NCBI GenBank assembly: GCA_045536625.1
Contig: JAZSNY010000028.1
Location: 1-56,490, forward strand
Length of the DNA stretch: 56,490 bases
Source: Candidatus Enterousia sp.
GTDB lineage: Bacteria; Pseudomonadota; Alphaproteobacteria; Rs-D84
Direction of reading: 5' to 3'
This document shows, piece after piece, positions 18,919 through 28,456 of the stretch (position 1 is the first letter of the stretch; each line of letters opens with the position of its first letter). A program made the translations under genes and the position numbers. The notes beneath the pieces were generated by a model. It made no database searches. It was not told where the DNA came from and saw only the letters and a program-made list of their open reading frames with translations.

Positions 18919-19916
18919 ACGATATTTTAGAAATTGTTTTGGTAACATATAATCGCCGCGACAAGTTGATGCGCACAATGGAACAATTGTTGGCAGAGAC
19001 ATCACCTGTACGCGATATTGATATAACTGTTGTAGATAATCGTTCAACAGACGGGACGTCTGAGTATATTCGAACATTAGCGGATATGCATAAAAATATA
19101 CACCATATTCGTCGACCACGCAATGTGGGCGCGAATGCTAATATTGCATATGCATATGAAATTGCATGCAAAAAATATTTATGGGTATTATGTGATGATG
19201 ATGTATATGATTTTACCGCATGGGATAATATCGTTGATGCGATAAATCAGGAACGAGATATAATCATTACATCTAAATATGCATTGCCACGAAAAAAATC
19301 AAAAATAGGCACATTGGCCCTGTTGTCACAAGCCACGTTTGTCCCAGGTGTGATTATCAAAACAAATTGTTTAGACGATACAACATTACGTAATATATAC
19401 GACAATGTATGGACGATGTACGTTCAATTAATACCAGTTGTAACGATGTTGAACAATGGTTGTGAATTCTTTATACCAGATGGTCCCGCTATTGTAAAAA
19501 ATGGATTTGATTACGGGAAGGAGTTAAGATCTGGGTTTGATGGATGTAAAAATTATTGCAGAGGTGCAAATTCAGAGAGAATGTACTATCGTAGCGCGCA
19601 CATGTCACAATTTGTTGGTTTTGCCAATGTGTTATCTTTGCTGAAAGACGAAGAGTTGAAAAGAAAACATCTTGACGGATTTATTAGAGGTTCAAAGCCC
19701 TTGTTAAAAGAGATGCTAAAAAATATTCAGGACAGAATATATTTTGCAGATATATATTCGCAATTATCTAGAAAGCAACGATTAAAATTTTGGTGTAATT
19801 GTATACGCCCCGGCAAGTTTTGGAAATGGATTTTTCATATAGATCATATTAAGCAAAATGGACACACAATGCCACAAAAGCAAATAACCTTTTTTGGCAA
19901 ACAAATTAAGCTCTAG
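18912..19916 (+). CDS. Glycosyltransferase family 2
   Basis: VTYNR, VVDNRSTDGT, NVGANAN, YLWVLCDDD. Confidence 0.9.
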   Translation: MLNDILEIVLVTYNRRDKLMRTMEQLLAETSPVRDIDITVVDNRSTDGTSEYIRTLADMHKNIHHIRRPRNVGANANIAYAYEIACKKYLWVLCDDDVYDFTAWDNIVDAINQERDIIITSKYALPRKKSKIGTLALLSQATFVPGVIIKTNCLDDTTLRNIYDNVWTMYVQLIPVVTMLNNGCEFFIPDGPAIVKNGFDYGKELRSGFDGCKNYCRGANSERMYYRSAHMSQFVGFANVLSLLKDEELKRKHLDGFIRGSKPLLKEMLKNIQDRIYFADIYSQLSRKQRLKFWCNCIRPGKFWKWIFHIDHIKQNGHTMPQKQITFFGKQIKL

Positions 19917-19922
19917 GAACCT

Positions 19923-20774
19923 ATGATGAAAATACTGTTAACTGGGTCTGGTGGTTTTATTGGACGAAATATTTTAGAAAAAATGGGTGATAAGTACGAA
20001 TTTATTCACCCGCGTTCGCGTGAATTAAACTTGATGGATGATAATGCGGTTAATGATTTTGTAAAATCAACAAAGCCAGATTTGATTATTCATTCTGCGG
20101 CGGCGGGGGTTCGTATTACGGCGGATGCAACACGCGATGATGTCGCCATACCAAACATAAAAATGTTTGATAATTTGGCACGACACGTATCAAAAAAATG
20201 TCCAATGTTCGTATTCGGTTCAGGGGCAGAATATGACAAATCGCGCGAGCTGAATTCTGTTGCAGAATCAGATTTTGGAACATCAATACCAAATGACCCA
20301 TATGGATATTCAAAATACATGATTTCCAAACGTATTGAACAAATGGACAATGTGTTAAATATGCGTATCTTTGGTATTTATGGCAAATATGAAAGCCCAA
20401 CACGTTTTACATCATATGCGGTTACACAAAATATAAAACATCAACCAATTGAAATAAATCAGGATGTTGTTTTCCAATTCTTGCATATAAACGACTTTTG
20501 CAATATTGTGGATTGGTTTATAAAAAACCAAACAGATGAACGATTTATCAATGTTTGCCCAGATGAAAAGATTACCTTGGTCGAACTGTCTAAAATCGTA
20601 AACAAGAATTCAACATATCATTCGGAAATTATTGTAAAAACACCGGGAATGAACCGTGAATATACGGGCAACAATCGTCGATTGCATGATATTATTCCAA
20701 ACCTTAATTTCACATCATATACAGATGGATTGAAACAATTTATGGAATTTATGATACACGACATGATGAAATGA
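19923..20774 (+). CDS. NAD-dependent epimerase/dehydratase/reductase (extended SDR)
   Basis: LTGSGGFIG, GSGAEY, YGYSK. Confidence 0.9.
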   Translation: MMKILLTGSGGFIGRNILEKMGDKYEFIHPRSRELNLMDDNAVNDFVKSTKPDLIIHSAAAGVRITADATRDDVAIPNIKMFDNLARHVSKKCPMFVFGSGAEYDKSRELNSVAESDFGTSIPNDPYGYSKYMISKRIEQMDNVLNMRIFGIYGKYESPTRFTSYAVTQNIKHQPIEINQDVVFQFLHINDFCNIVDWFIKNQTDERFINVCPDEKITLVELSKIVNKNSTYHSEIIVKTPGMNREYTGNNRRLHDIIPNLNFTSYTDGLKQFMEFMIHDMMK

Positions 20775-21682
20775 TGATGACAGAATCACCAATACTTTCG
20801 ATTTGTATCCCGACGTATAATCGTGCAGAATATTTGGCGCGAACATTGGACAGTATTATTGCACAACCACGATTTCAAAGCACCGGGGATGTAGAAGTTA
20901 TAATTTCTGATAATTGTTCGACGGACGATACACAAAATGTTGTAAATAAATATATCGAACAATACGGCAATAAAATCAGATATTTTCGCAATAACGAAAA
21001 TATATATGATAAAAACCTTGAGTTGGCGATGGCACGTGGACAAGGTGTGTTTTTAAAGGCACATAATGATACATTGATAGTACGTGATGGTACATTGGAC
21101 AAAATGTGTAGTTTTATTGAAAAATACATTAAAACAAAACACATCATTTTCTTTTTAAACAAAGCAAACAGCAATACCGTTCATGAATTCAATAATGCAA
21201 ATGATTTTATATCGCATATTTCAATTTATTCAACATGGATTGGTGGATTTGGATTGTGGAAAAGCGATTTTGATAAAATCAACGGTTTTTCACGGTTTGC
21301 CAAACAGAAATTGCCACAAACAGATGTTCTTTTTTCTTTAATGGAAATCAAGAATTATTTTGCCGTTATGGATGATATATTATTTGATGTTCAATCTGTA
21401 CCCAATAAGGGGGGATATAATATCGCAGAAGTATTTGGGAATAATTATATGATTTTACTGCGCCGAATATTGGGCAAAAAAATTATATCGCCACGCGTCT
21501 TTAATCAACAAATGCGAAAAATATTAAGACATATAAATCGTTTTTATTTTGATGTAAAGCATGAATATGCTTTTATGCGTGGCGATTACTGGCACCATAT
21601 GCACGATTGGCATTTTAAACCGTACTTTTATATAAGTATTATAAAAATATATTTAAAATTAATCTTTGCAGGGAATAAATAG
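20771..21682 (+). CDS. Glycosyltransferase family 2 (RfbV/abequosyltransferase-like)
   Basis: LSICIPTYNRAEYL, ISDNCSTDDT. Confidence 0.88.
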   Translation: MMMTESPILSICIPTYNRAEYLARTLDSIIAQPRFQSTGDVEVIISDNCSTDDTQNVVNKYIEQYGNKIRYFRNNENIYDKNLELAMARGQGVFLKAHNDTLIVRDGTLDKMCSFIEKYIKTKHIIFFLNKANSNTVHEFNNANDFISHISIYSTWIGGFGLWKSDFDKINGFSRFAKQKLPQTDVLFSLMEIKNYFAVMDDILFDVQSVPNKGGYNIAEVFGNNYMILLRRILGKKIISPRVFNQQMRKILRHINRFYFDVKHEYAFMRGDYWHHMHDWHFKPYFYISIIKIYLKLIFAGNK

Positions 21683-22120
21683 TGCAATCCAATTCCCTGA
21701 TACATATGTTTTGGTTATTGTTTCCCCAGATTGTACACGATACATTAACGATTGACATGTTCCTTCGGGATTTAAACATCCATACGAAAATGGGCCATAT
21801 TGCGAAGTTTCGTATTTATCGGATACAAATTGAACGCTGCTGGCAACATTTGTCCTGATAAATAACCAACCATCTGATGGAAATGTATATGTATCATATG
21901 CACCTATGTTCATTTGTTTATCTGTATCTGGAATTGCAACCCCTGGGGCTTTTGATGGCATGATTTCATCTGCACGCGCCAACGGCACACCACCAAGCGT
22001 AGCGCCATCATGTATGCGTATCGTATTGTTTGTCGTATCCATTGTTATTTCACCGATTGCACCGGTAAAGTTTTTGTGTTCGGCGGCTGTGCCACGTCTT
22101 ATTTGTATTTGTCTTGCCAT
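21659..22120 (-). CDS. Small protein with a phage tail-fibre/Mtd-N-like N-terminus
   Basis: QIQIRRGTAAEHKNFTGAIGEITMDTTNNTIRIHDG..GG.PL; C-terminal YTFPSDGW beta module. Confidence 0.7.
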   Translation of the reverse strand: MARQIQIRRGTAAEHKNFTGAIGEITMDTTNNTIRIHDGATLGGVPLARADEIMPSKAPGVAIPDTDKQMNIGAYDTYTFPSDGWLFIRTNVASSVQFVSDKYETSQYGPFSYGCLNPEGTCQSLMYRVQSGETITKTYVSGNWIALFIPCKD

Positions 22121-22492
22121 TTTCTTGACTCTTGTGTTCGTACTGCCACGTCTGAAAATAGCAGGATTATATATTTTTATCGACTAAAGTTGGGTCGGAA
22201 TCAAGCCTTAAAAAGCAAACAAAAAAAATGCAGTGGGACACCCCATAAAATATAAAAGCCCCACCATAGGCGGGCTGTTCACGATGGTTATTATATCAAA
22301 AAAATGGCCAAAAGTCAAGCTTTCTATTTAAGTTGGTCAATATTTTGATACAAAAATTATAAAAAATACTGTATCCTTGGCCAAACATAGTCGTAAGCAT
22401 ACCCGGAGCATAGAAAACAAACATATTGACAACAAGCCGTTTTGTACTATACTAAATAGAGTAAGAAAGATATTAAACAAAAGGATATACAG

Positions 22493-22753
22493 ATGAAAGA
22501 GGATAGACGTTCAATGATACGAACACTGGCCACGATGTCTGCGGGGGTTGGATTTTTCCTGGCGTTGGGCGCGGCCGGAACATCGGATTATCGTGAAACA
22601 CTGCGATACGAAGACGAAGAAACACGCGAAAAGGCGGAAAGCGTGATTATTAGCGAAAAAGCCGAAAAAGCCATGATGGGCACTGCCTTTGTGGCACTTG
22701 GACTGGGGGGGATTGGATTGGCATTGACGGAAAAGAAAGAAAATCAACGCTAA
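22493..22753 (+). CDS. Small two-TM hypothetical protein
   Basis: AAGGA RBS, promoter TTGACA-16-TATACT (22426-22453), terminator 22770-22791. Confidence 0.75.
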   Translation: MKEDRRSMIRTLATMSAGVGFFLALGAAGTSDYRETLRYEDEETREKAESVIISEKAEKAMMGTAFVALGLGGIGLALTEKKENQR

Positions 22754-22803
22754 GACAATAACATATTTTCACCCGCCCGTTTGGGCGGGTGTATTATTAG
22801 ATG

Positions 22804-25800
22804 TTAAAATTCATATCTGAATTTTAAACGTCCGGTTTGGGATGTATAGTCGGCACGCGCTTCGATATCATAATTTAACGATATGTCCAACGCACCATAC
22901 ATCATGCCTATACTTACCCCAAGTTCGTTCGCAATGCGCGACAGATCATTGCCGTTTATGACATACGCATCTACACCAGGCATAGATACAAGCGCACGAT
23001 TATCGTCACTTATCAGGTCATATTTTACCGCATAACGAATCCCGGGACGCAATATCCAACCGTTATTTAACAGTACGTCAAAGCCATAGCGTGTACCAAT
23101 CGCAGCAGTCAGATAATCCGAACGGTCAATCTTGTTTGTAATCCCCAGGGAATTTGTATAACGAACAGAATCCAGGTACATATAGCGCAACGATACTTCG
23201 GGGGTTATGCCGCCAAAGAAATCGTATCCCATGGCAACGTTTGCACCAAACGCATCCATATCGTAATCAGACGTTACATTTATGCCCAAGGCCGAACCAT
23301 TTTCGGAATAATCAGACATAGTATAATTTATTATCGCATTCATGTACCAGTTTGCAGGCTTGTATTGACCATAAACAAAGAATGAGTGTGAATCAACATT
23401 ACTGTTACGCGCATCGGCACCAATACTTGAATGACCAAACATGTAACCAATACCCAATGTTAACGCTTCGCCAAACATGCCGTCAATACCCATGGATACG
23501 CCACGCGTGTACGCATTAAATGCATCGTTTAATTTTGATTTGTTATACAGCCCCTGGGCCCAGATGCCGGACGACGTCAGGTTAATGTCGCCACCGTTGC
23601 GCCCCATTGGAACCAAGGATAACCTGTCTGCGATAATCGAATTTAACACGTTTTGAAGCCCCATTCCAACCGAACGAGATACCGGTGCGGTTTCTGGATT
23701 AATGGCAATGACCGCATCTTCTATGTTCGCACGTGCCACATCCGTACCAATCGCCAGATTGGATTGAATCAAGACAGACAAATCATTTAGCAGTTCTGAT
23801 GTTGCACCCGCAACAGATGCAATCGTACGCGCCGCAGATTCCGACAAATCATTTTGCGACGCAATATCCGATGCAGATTTTGCAATCGCGGTTACATCAC
23901 CACCATTCCATGTCAGGTCATATAAAGGACTGCTGATGTCAATATTGTCAAAGATTTGATTGCCAAAAACCTTGTACGTACCTGCGGAATCAAAGGCCAA
24001 ATTTAACACACCTTGACCGGCAAAACCGTTCGCTGTCGTTACATTTATCTGGGGCGTGTTACCGGTACGCAATGTTGCCAACATTGTTCCATCTAATGTA
24101 ATTGCACCCTGGCTTAATGTGGATGCGCCAATATCAAAAACAGTACCGGATGCAATATTTAATGTACCCGTCCCAGTTACGCCCCCAACAATAGTTGTAT
24201 TGCCCATAAAGTTTATAACACCGTCATTATGGATATCGTTTGCAACACCATTTGCGGTATTACCGCGGAACGCGGCATCCCCATTAAATGTGACTGTATC
24301 ATTATTATATAATGCACCACCCATTTCACCGGCGTGATTATTAATAAATGATGTGGTGCCATTAAATACTATTTCTGCAGCACCAACCGTACCATCCGAT
24401 GGTGCGACCGTATTCCAAATTGCACCGCCGTTCAGCGTTGATTGATTACCGACAAATCGCGTTGTCCCGTTAATGGTAATGTGTGAATCCTGGGTTGCGC
24501 CATCAAATGCACGCGAAACAATTGCACCACCATGCGCCATGGACGTATTTGAATCAAATAAATTTGTGCCGTTTGTAACCCCAATCACCAAATCAGCAGC
24601 GCCGGTGTTGCCACGATTATGAATTGCACCACCGCCACTTTTGGTCGCACCCGTATCATGCGCAATATTGCCACGGAACACATTTTCAGAACCAATAATA
24701 TTCATATCGGCCGCGTTGAATATTGCACCACCATATCCGGCAGCGGACGAGTTGTTAAGGAACGAAATCATTGGCGCATTTATATCAATCGTACCACCGT
24801 TATCCAGGGCGCCGGCAGTACTGCTGGTGCTGTTGTTATTAAACAAAACCTGGCCGGTTGTATTTGCAGTCACGGTACCAGAATTTTTAAGACCGCCGCC
24901 ATTACTGCCCGTATTTGCTGAAAAGATAAAATCACCACCCGTCAGGGATACCGTGCCCACATTTACCAATGCACCATTATAATTGTTCGTGTTACCCGAA
25001 AATTCTGTGCCACGTGCAAAGGAAATCGTGCCCGATGCATTATTATTTAATAATGTTCCAACCCCCGTGTTACCAGAAAAGATTGCGGTATCTTTAAAAG
25101 TTAGGTTGGAATCAGATTGATCCATCAGGATTGCAGACGCACCCGCGGCCGTATTATTAGAAAATGTGGCCGTGCCTTCAAATTCAACCGCGCCACCCAA
25201 TATGGCAAGTGCACCACCGGACGTACCCGCAGAATTACCAATAAACTGCGCCGCCCCATTAAAAATGACATCACCCGCAGTCATGATGGCGCCACCCTTG
25301 GTTGCGGATTCGTTATTAGAAAAAGAAACCGCGTCGTTGAACACAATCATGCCATCCCTGTGGTTAATGGCACCGCCACCGATATAAACACTGGTCATGG
25401 ATCCGGTTGCTTTATTTTCACTGAACGTGGCGGGACCGACAAAAATTATATCGGGGTCGGTCGCATTACCCGCGCCATAGTTAAATATTGCGCCACCCCC
25501 GTTTGGATTGTTTGTGGTATTGCCCGTAAAAGTGGATGCACCATTAAAAACAATTTTTCCACCAACGGTATAGCCCGTGCCCGTCGTGGACGACAACCAA
25601 CCATTTCCAATCGCTCCACCCATGCCACCATTGTTCAATGAGTTACCCGAAAATAATGTATCGCCATCAAATATCAGGGCCACATTTGGGACGTCCTGCA
25701 TGTAAAAAACACCACCATTGTTTGCGGTTGTTGACGCTATATTTTCTGCAACAAGGTTTGTATATGTTGTATCAGATGAAATAACCGTACGCGCGGTTAC

Positions 25801-25872
25801 TACATCGCCCATCGCCGGCATTACCAATAATGCCGGCAAAACAGAAATTCCAAAAATCGTATTACGTTTCAT
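22804..25872 (-). CDS. Autotransporter with Pmp-like GGA(I/L)/FxxN passenger repeats
   Basis: Signal peptide, about 14 GGAI-type repeats, RNGGD linker, beta-barrel ending KFRYEF. Confidence 0.92.
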   Translation of the reverse strand: MKRNTIFGISVLPALLVMPAMGDVVTARTVISSDTTYTNLVAENIASTTANNGGVFYMQDVPNVALIFDGDTLFSGNSLNNGGMGGAIGNGWLSSTTGTGYTVGGKIVFNGASTFTGNTTNNPNGGGAIFNYGAGNATDPDIIFVGPATFSENKATGSMTSVYIGGGAINHRDGMIVFNDAVSFSNNESATKGGAIMTAGDVIFNGAAQFIGNSAGTSGGALAILGGAVEFEGTATFSNNTAAGASAILMDQSDSNLTFKDTAIFSGNTGVGTLLNNNASGTISFARGTEFSGNTNNYNGALVNVGTVSLTGGDFIFSANTGSNGGGLKNSGTVTANTTGQVLFNNNSTSSTAGALDNGGTIDINAPMISFLNNSSAAGYGGAIFNAADMNIIGSENVFRGNIAHDTGATKSGGGAIHNRGNTGAADLVIGVTNGTNLFDSNTSMAHGGAIVSRAFDGATQDSHITINGTTRFVGNQSTLNGGAIWNTVAPSDGTVGAAEIVFNGTTSFINNHAGEMGGALYNNDTVTFNGDAAFRGNTANGVANDIHNDGVINFMGNTTIVGGVTGTGTLNIASGTVFDIGASTLSQGAITLDGTMLATLRTGNTPQINVTTANGFAGQGVLNLAFDSAGTYKVFGNQIFDNIDISSPLYDLTWNGGDVTAIAKSASDIASQNDLSESAARTIASVAGATSELLNDLSVLIQSNLAIGTDVARANIEDAVIAINPETAPVSRSVGMGLQNVLNSIIADRLSLVPMGRNGGDINLTSSGIWAQGLYNKSKLNDAFNAYTRGVSMGIDGMFGEALTLGIGYMFGHSSIGADARNSNVDSHSFFVYGQYKPANWYMNAIINYTMSDYSENGSALGINVTSDYDMDAFGANVAMGYDFFGGITPEVSLRYMYLDSVRYTNSLGITNKIDRSDYLTAAIGTRYGFDVLLNNGWILRPGIRYAVKYDLISDDNRALVSMPGVDAYVINGNDLSRIANELGVSIGMMYGALDISLNYDIEARADYTSQTGRLKFRYEF

Positions 25873-25988
25873 AAATCATCCTTTGGTTTAGATGATTTAT
25901 GTATAAAATATTAACGAATAAAAATAACTAGGTTCGTTTTCATAAAAAATTTATAACCATAAAAAAAAGGCCCAAAATTGGGCTTTTT

Positions 25989-26327
25989 TTAACGGGTCAT
26001 CTGTTCCAATGTAGACAACATGGAATCAATCGCATCTGTTGTGGGTTTAATTCCATCCTGGACAGATTGACTCATATTCCCCGTAATCAGCATCAGATTG
26101 CGGTTCTGTTCCAAGGCGGTCTTAGGCGAATCAAAAACCATCGCATCAATCAGTTCAGATTGCCCGCGTATCATTTCCGACACCAATTTAACCCCCTGGT
26201 CAAATCCGACCGATGTCTTTTTACCACGCGCAGAAGCAACAATGCGGTTCAATCTTTTTGCACGTTTATCCAATTCACTTTGCGCGGTATTAACGCGTTC
26301 ATTTACAATATCCATTTTTTCTGCCAT
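25989..26327 (-). CDS. Hypothetical helical protein
   Basis: GGGGGA RBS, followed by terminator 25961-25990. Confidence 0.7.
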   Translation of the reverse strand: MAEKMDIVNERVNTAQSELDKRAKRLNRIVASARGKKTSVGFDQGVKLVSEMIRGQSELIDAMVFDSPKTALEQNRNLMLITGNMSQSVQDGIKPTTDAIDSMLSTLEQMTR

Positions 26328-26464
26328 TATGTATCCCCCTGGGTTATTTATGGTGACATTATAACATATTTCATGTTTTTAGTAAAAAAATATTATCAGT
26401 GTTGACAAATGCTACTTTTCATAATACCGTTGTGGGTTGCATAACCTAGTAGGATTAAGAAAAA

Positions 26465-27670
26465 ATGAGTAACAAAAAAGATTTTAAATACTTTTCATTT
26501 AGTATATCCAAGAAAACACTGAAAGACTACATTGCAAACACGTCCAGCGAAAAACGCTTTAAAGGCGGGCCATATGAGCCATACAGATATTCAACCGAGC
26601 TGACACAATGTGTTATTCGGGCGATTATTAATGACGCGGTCGAATACGACGTAAAAGATGAAGAAATGTTTAACATTTTAGTGTCTTTGGTTAAAACATG
26701 TGGTTGCAATGATAAAGGAGTCTATTCAAATAATGCACATAATGCATTAAAGAAAATCTGTATTGCACGCGGATTACCAGAAAATGCAATTACCCTGAAT
26801 GATAAAAAAGAAGTTGGGCCCCTTGAAACACTGGGGAATAAGATAAAGGGATTTTTTGGATTTGGTAAAAAAAATAAAAATACCAACGAGGTAAAAGATA
26901 CACAAACACCCCCGGAACAACCAAAAGAAAAAGTCGCCGAACAGAAAAATGCCAAGGTAAAAAACAGGGGGCTTTGGAGAACGCTTGCGCTGACCGGCGC
27001 CGTGGTAACGGCGGGGTTGGCAACAATGCTTGTTGCAAAGTGCGCATCAGACAAACAAAATAATCAGAATGCAAAAACGCCCGTCAAAAGCGAGATTGTG
27101 AAACCAAATACGCAATCGAATTTGGATACAAAATGGACATACGCTTGGGGGCAGACGAACGACAAAAAAACGGCCCAGTGGCCGGTCAAACCATTTACCA
27201 CAAAACAAGAGACAAGCAAAACACATCAACAAAATATCGCAGATGCGGATTCCGCAAAAATTGTTGCAATTAATAACTTTTGCGACAGTTCATTGGATAT
27301 TTTAATGGGCAAGAAAAAACGAGACGCACTGTATAACAAGATACAAAATCAGGTTACCCGCGGAATCTTCAAAATACCAAATGGCATGTCGGTTCAAAGA
27401 ATCGCACACGCCATGGAAATGAGTCGTATTTATGAAGGCAAGAGCATAATTTTGGATGCGCTGAATTCAGATAAAGCCCTGAGTCAGGCCGAACAGGAAG
27501 CCTTTGCAAAACATATTGACGGCATTGGCGAACGTGGTGAAAAACTGCAAAAACGCATGATGCAAAAACACAAACTGTCATCGCACAGTAAGTTTAACAA
27601 AGCATCATACGCACAACAAAAGGTACATATAAAAAACCTGAAACAGTTGCGACAATTACGTGGCAGATAA
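26465..27670 (+). CDS. Hypothetical Lys-rich protein with one central TM
   Basis: 401-aa ORF with own promoter; TM LALTGAVVTAGLATMLVA. Confidence 0.8.
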   Translation: MSNKKDFKYFSFSISKKTLKDYIANTSSEKRFKGGPYEPYRYSTELTQCVIRAIINDAVEYDVKDEEMFNILVSLVKTCGCNDKGVYSNNAHNALKKICIARGLPENAITLNDKKEVGPLETLGNKIKGFFGFGKKNKNTNEVKDTQTPPEQPKEKVAEQKNAKVKNRGLWRTLALTGAVVTAGLATMLVAKCASDKQNNQNAKTPVKSEIVKPNTQSNLDTKWTYAWGQTNDKKTAQWPVKPFTTKQETSKTHQQNIADADSAKIVAINNFCDSSLDILMGKKKRDALYNKIQNQVTRGIFKIPNGMSVQRIAHAMEMSRIYEGKSIILDALNSDKALSQAEQEAFAKHIDGIGERGEKLQKRMMQKHKLSSHSKFNKASYAQQKVHIKNLKQLRQLRGR

Positions 27671-27680
27671 GCCCAATAGA

Positions 27681-27705
27681 AAAAAACGGCAAATGCCGTT
27701 TTTTT
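27681..27705. terminator. Bidirectional terminator
   Basis: AAAAAACGGC-AAAT-GCCGTTTTTTT. Confidence 0.8.
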
Positions 27706-28456
27706 ATTTACGGATGCATTTTGATTCAAAGTACAATCTTGCATATTCCGCCAATACCGCCACCATCAGGCCATAATACCCCTTTTTATCCCAAAAGTGT
27801 TCGGCGTTGGCCAAAGAATCACGGAAATCACAGAAACACGCCTTTTCACAATCGATAAAACCAACGATATTCAAATCATCATCCAAAATACAATTATTAC
27901 CAATGTCATTGTGAAACCAACCGTACATAAAGTCGGGCATGGCATCGGGCGTGGGCTTTAAATCGCGCAAAGCGGCGGGATCAGCACAGCCGATGACATA
28001 GATAAAATTTGCAAGTTGCCGTGCAATCTTGTCACGGTTCTGATTTATGTACGACGCGTCAAAATCCGTTAACATCTTGCCCGGGATAAATTCATAAAGA
28101 CGTAACACCGTGTCACCATATCTTATCAATTCCATTTTCGGCAATCGGATTGGCGATATTTCGCGAAACGCATTTACGACACGTTCTTCGTGATATGCGC
28201 GCAATTCACGACCCGGGACCAAAAAAAACTTGAATACATATTTATCATTTAACAGTACAACCAAGTTATGACAACCAACACCAAATTCCAATTTTAACTT
28301 TTGGACACCACCGCAATTTTCGTCCGCCCAACGACGTACAAACTTTATATGCGCCTTTATAGATGGATTATTCAAAACAACACGCACGCGACTGCGTGTT
28401 TTTTGATTGGGGATAAAACCACAGACTATATTTGATACAAGACGACGAAAACTCAT
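27704..28456 (-). CDS. APH/choline-kinase-like phosphotransferase
   Basis: YVFKF, YEFIPG, HNDIGNN and FIDCE (Brenner HxDxxxN and DxE motifs). Confidence 0.8.
   Translation of the reverse strand: MSFRRLVSNIVCGFIPNQKTRSRVRVVLNNPSIKAHIKFVRRWADENCGGVQKLKLEFGVGCHNLVVLLNDKYVFKFFLVPGRELRAYHEERVVNAFREISPIRLPKMELIRYGDTVLRLYEFIPGKMLTDFDASYINQNRDKIARQLANFIYVIGCADPAALRDLKPTPDAMPDFMYGWFHNDIGNNCILDDDLNIVGFIDCEKACFCDFRDSLANAEHFWDKKGYYGLMVAVLAEYARLYFESKCIRK

Noticed and set aside
21659-22120. DGR target or prophage
   Set aside because: No reverse transcriptase, template/variable repeat pair or other phage genes in the window
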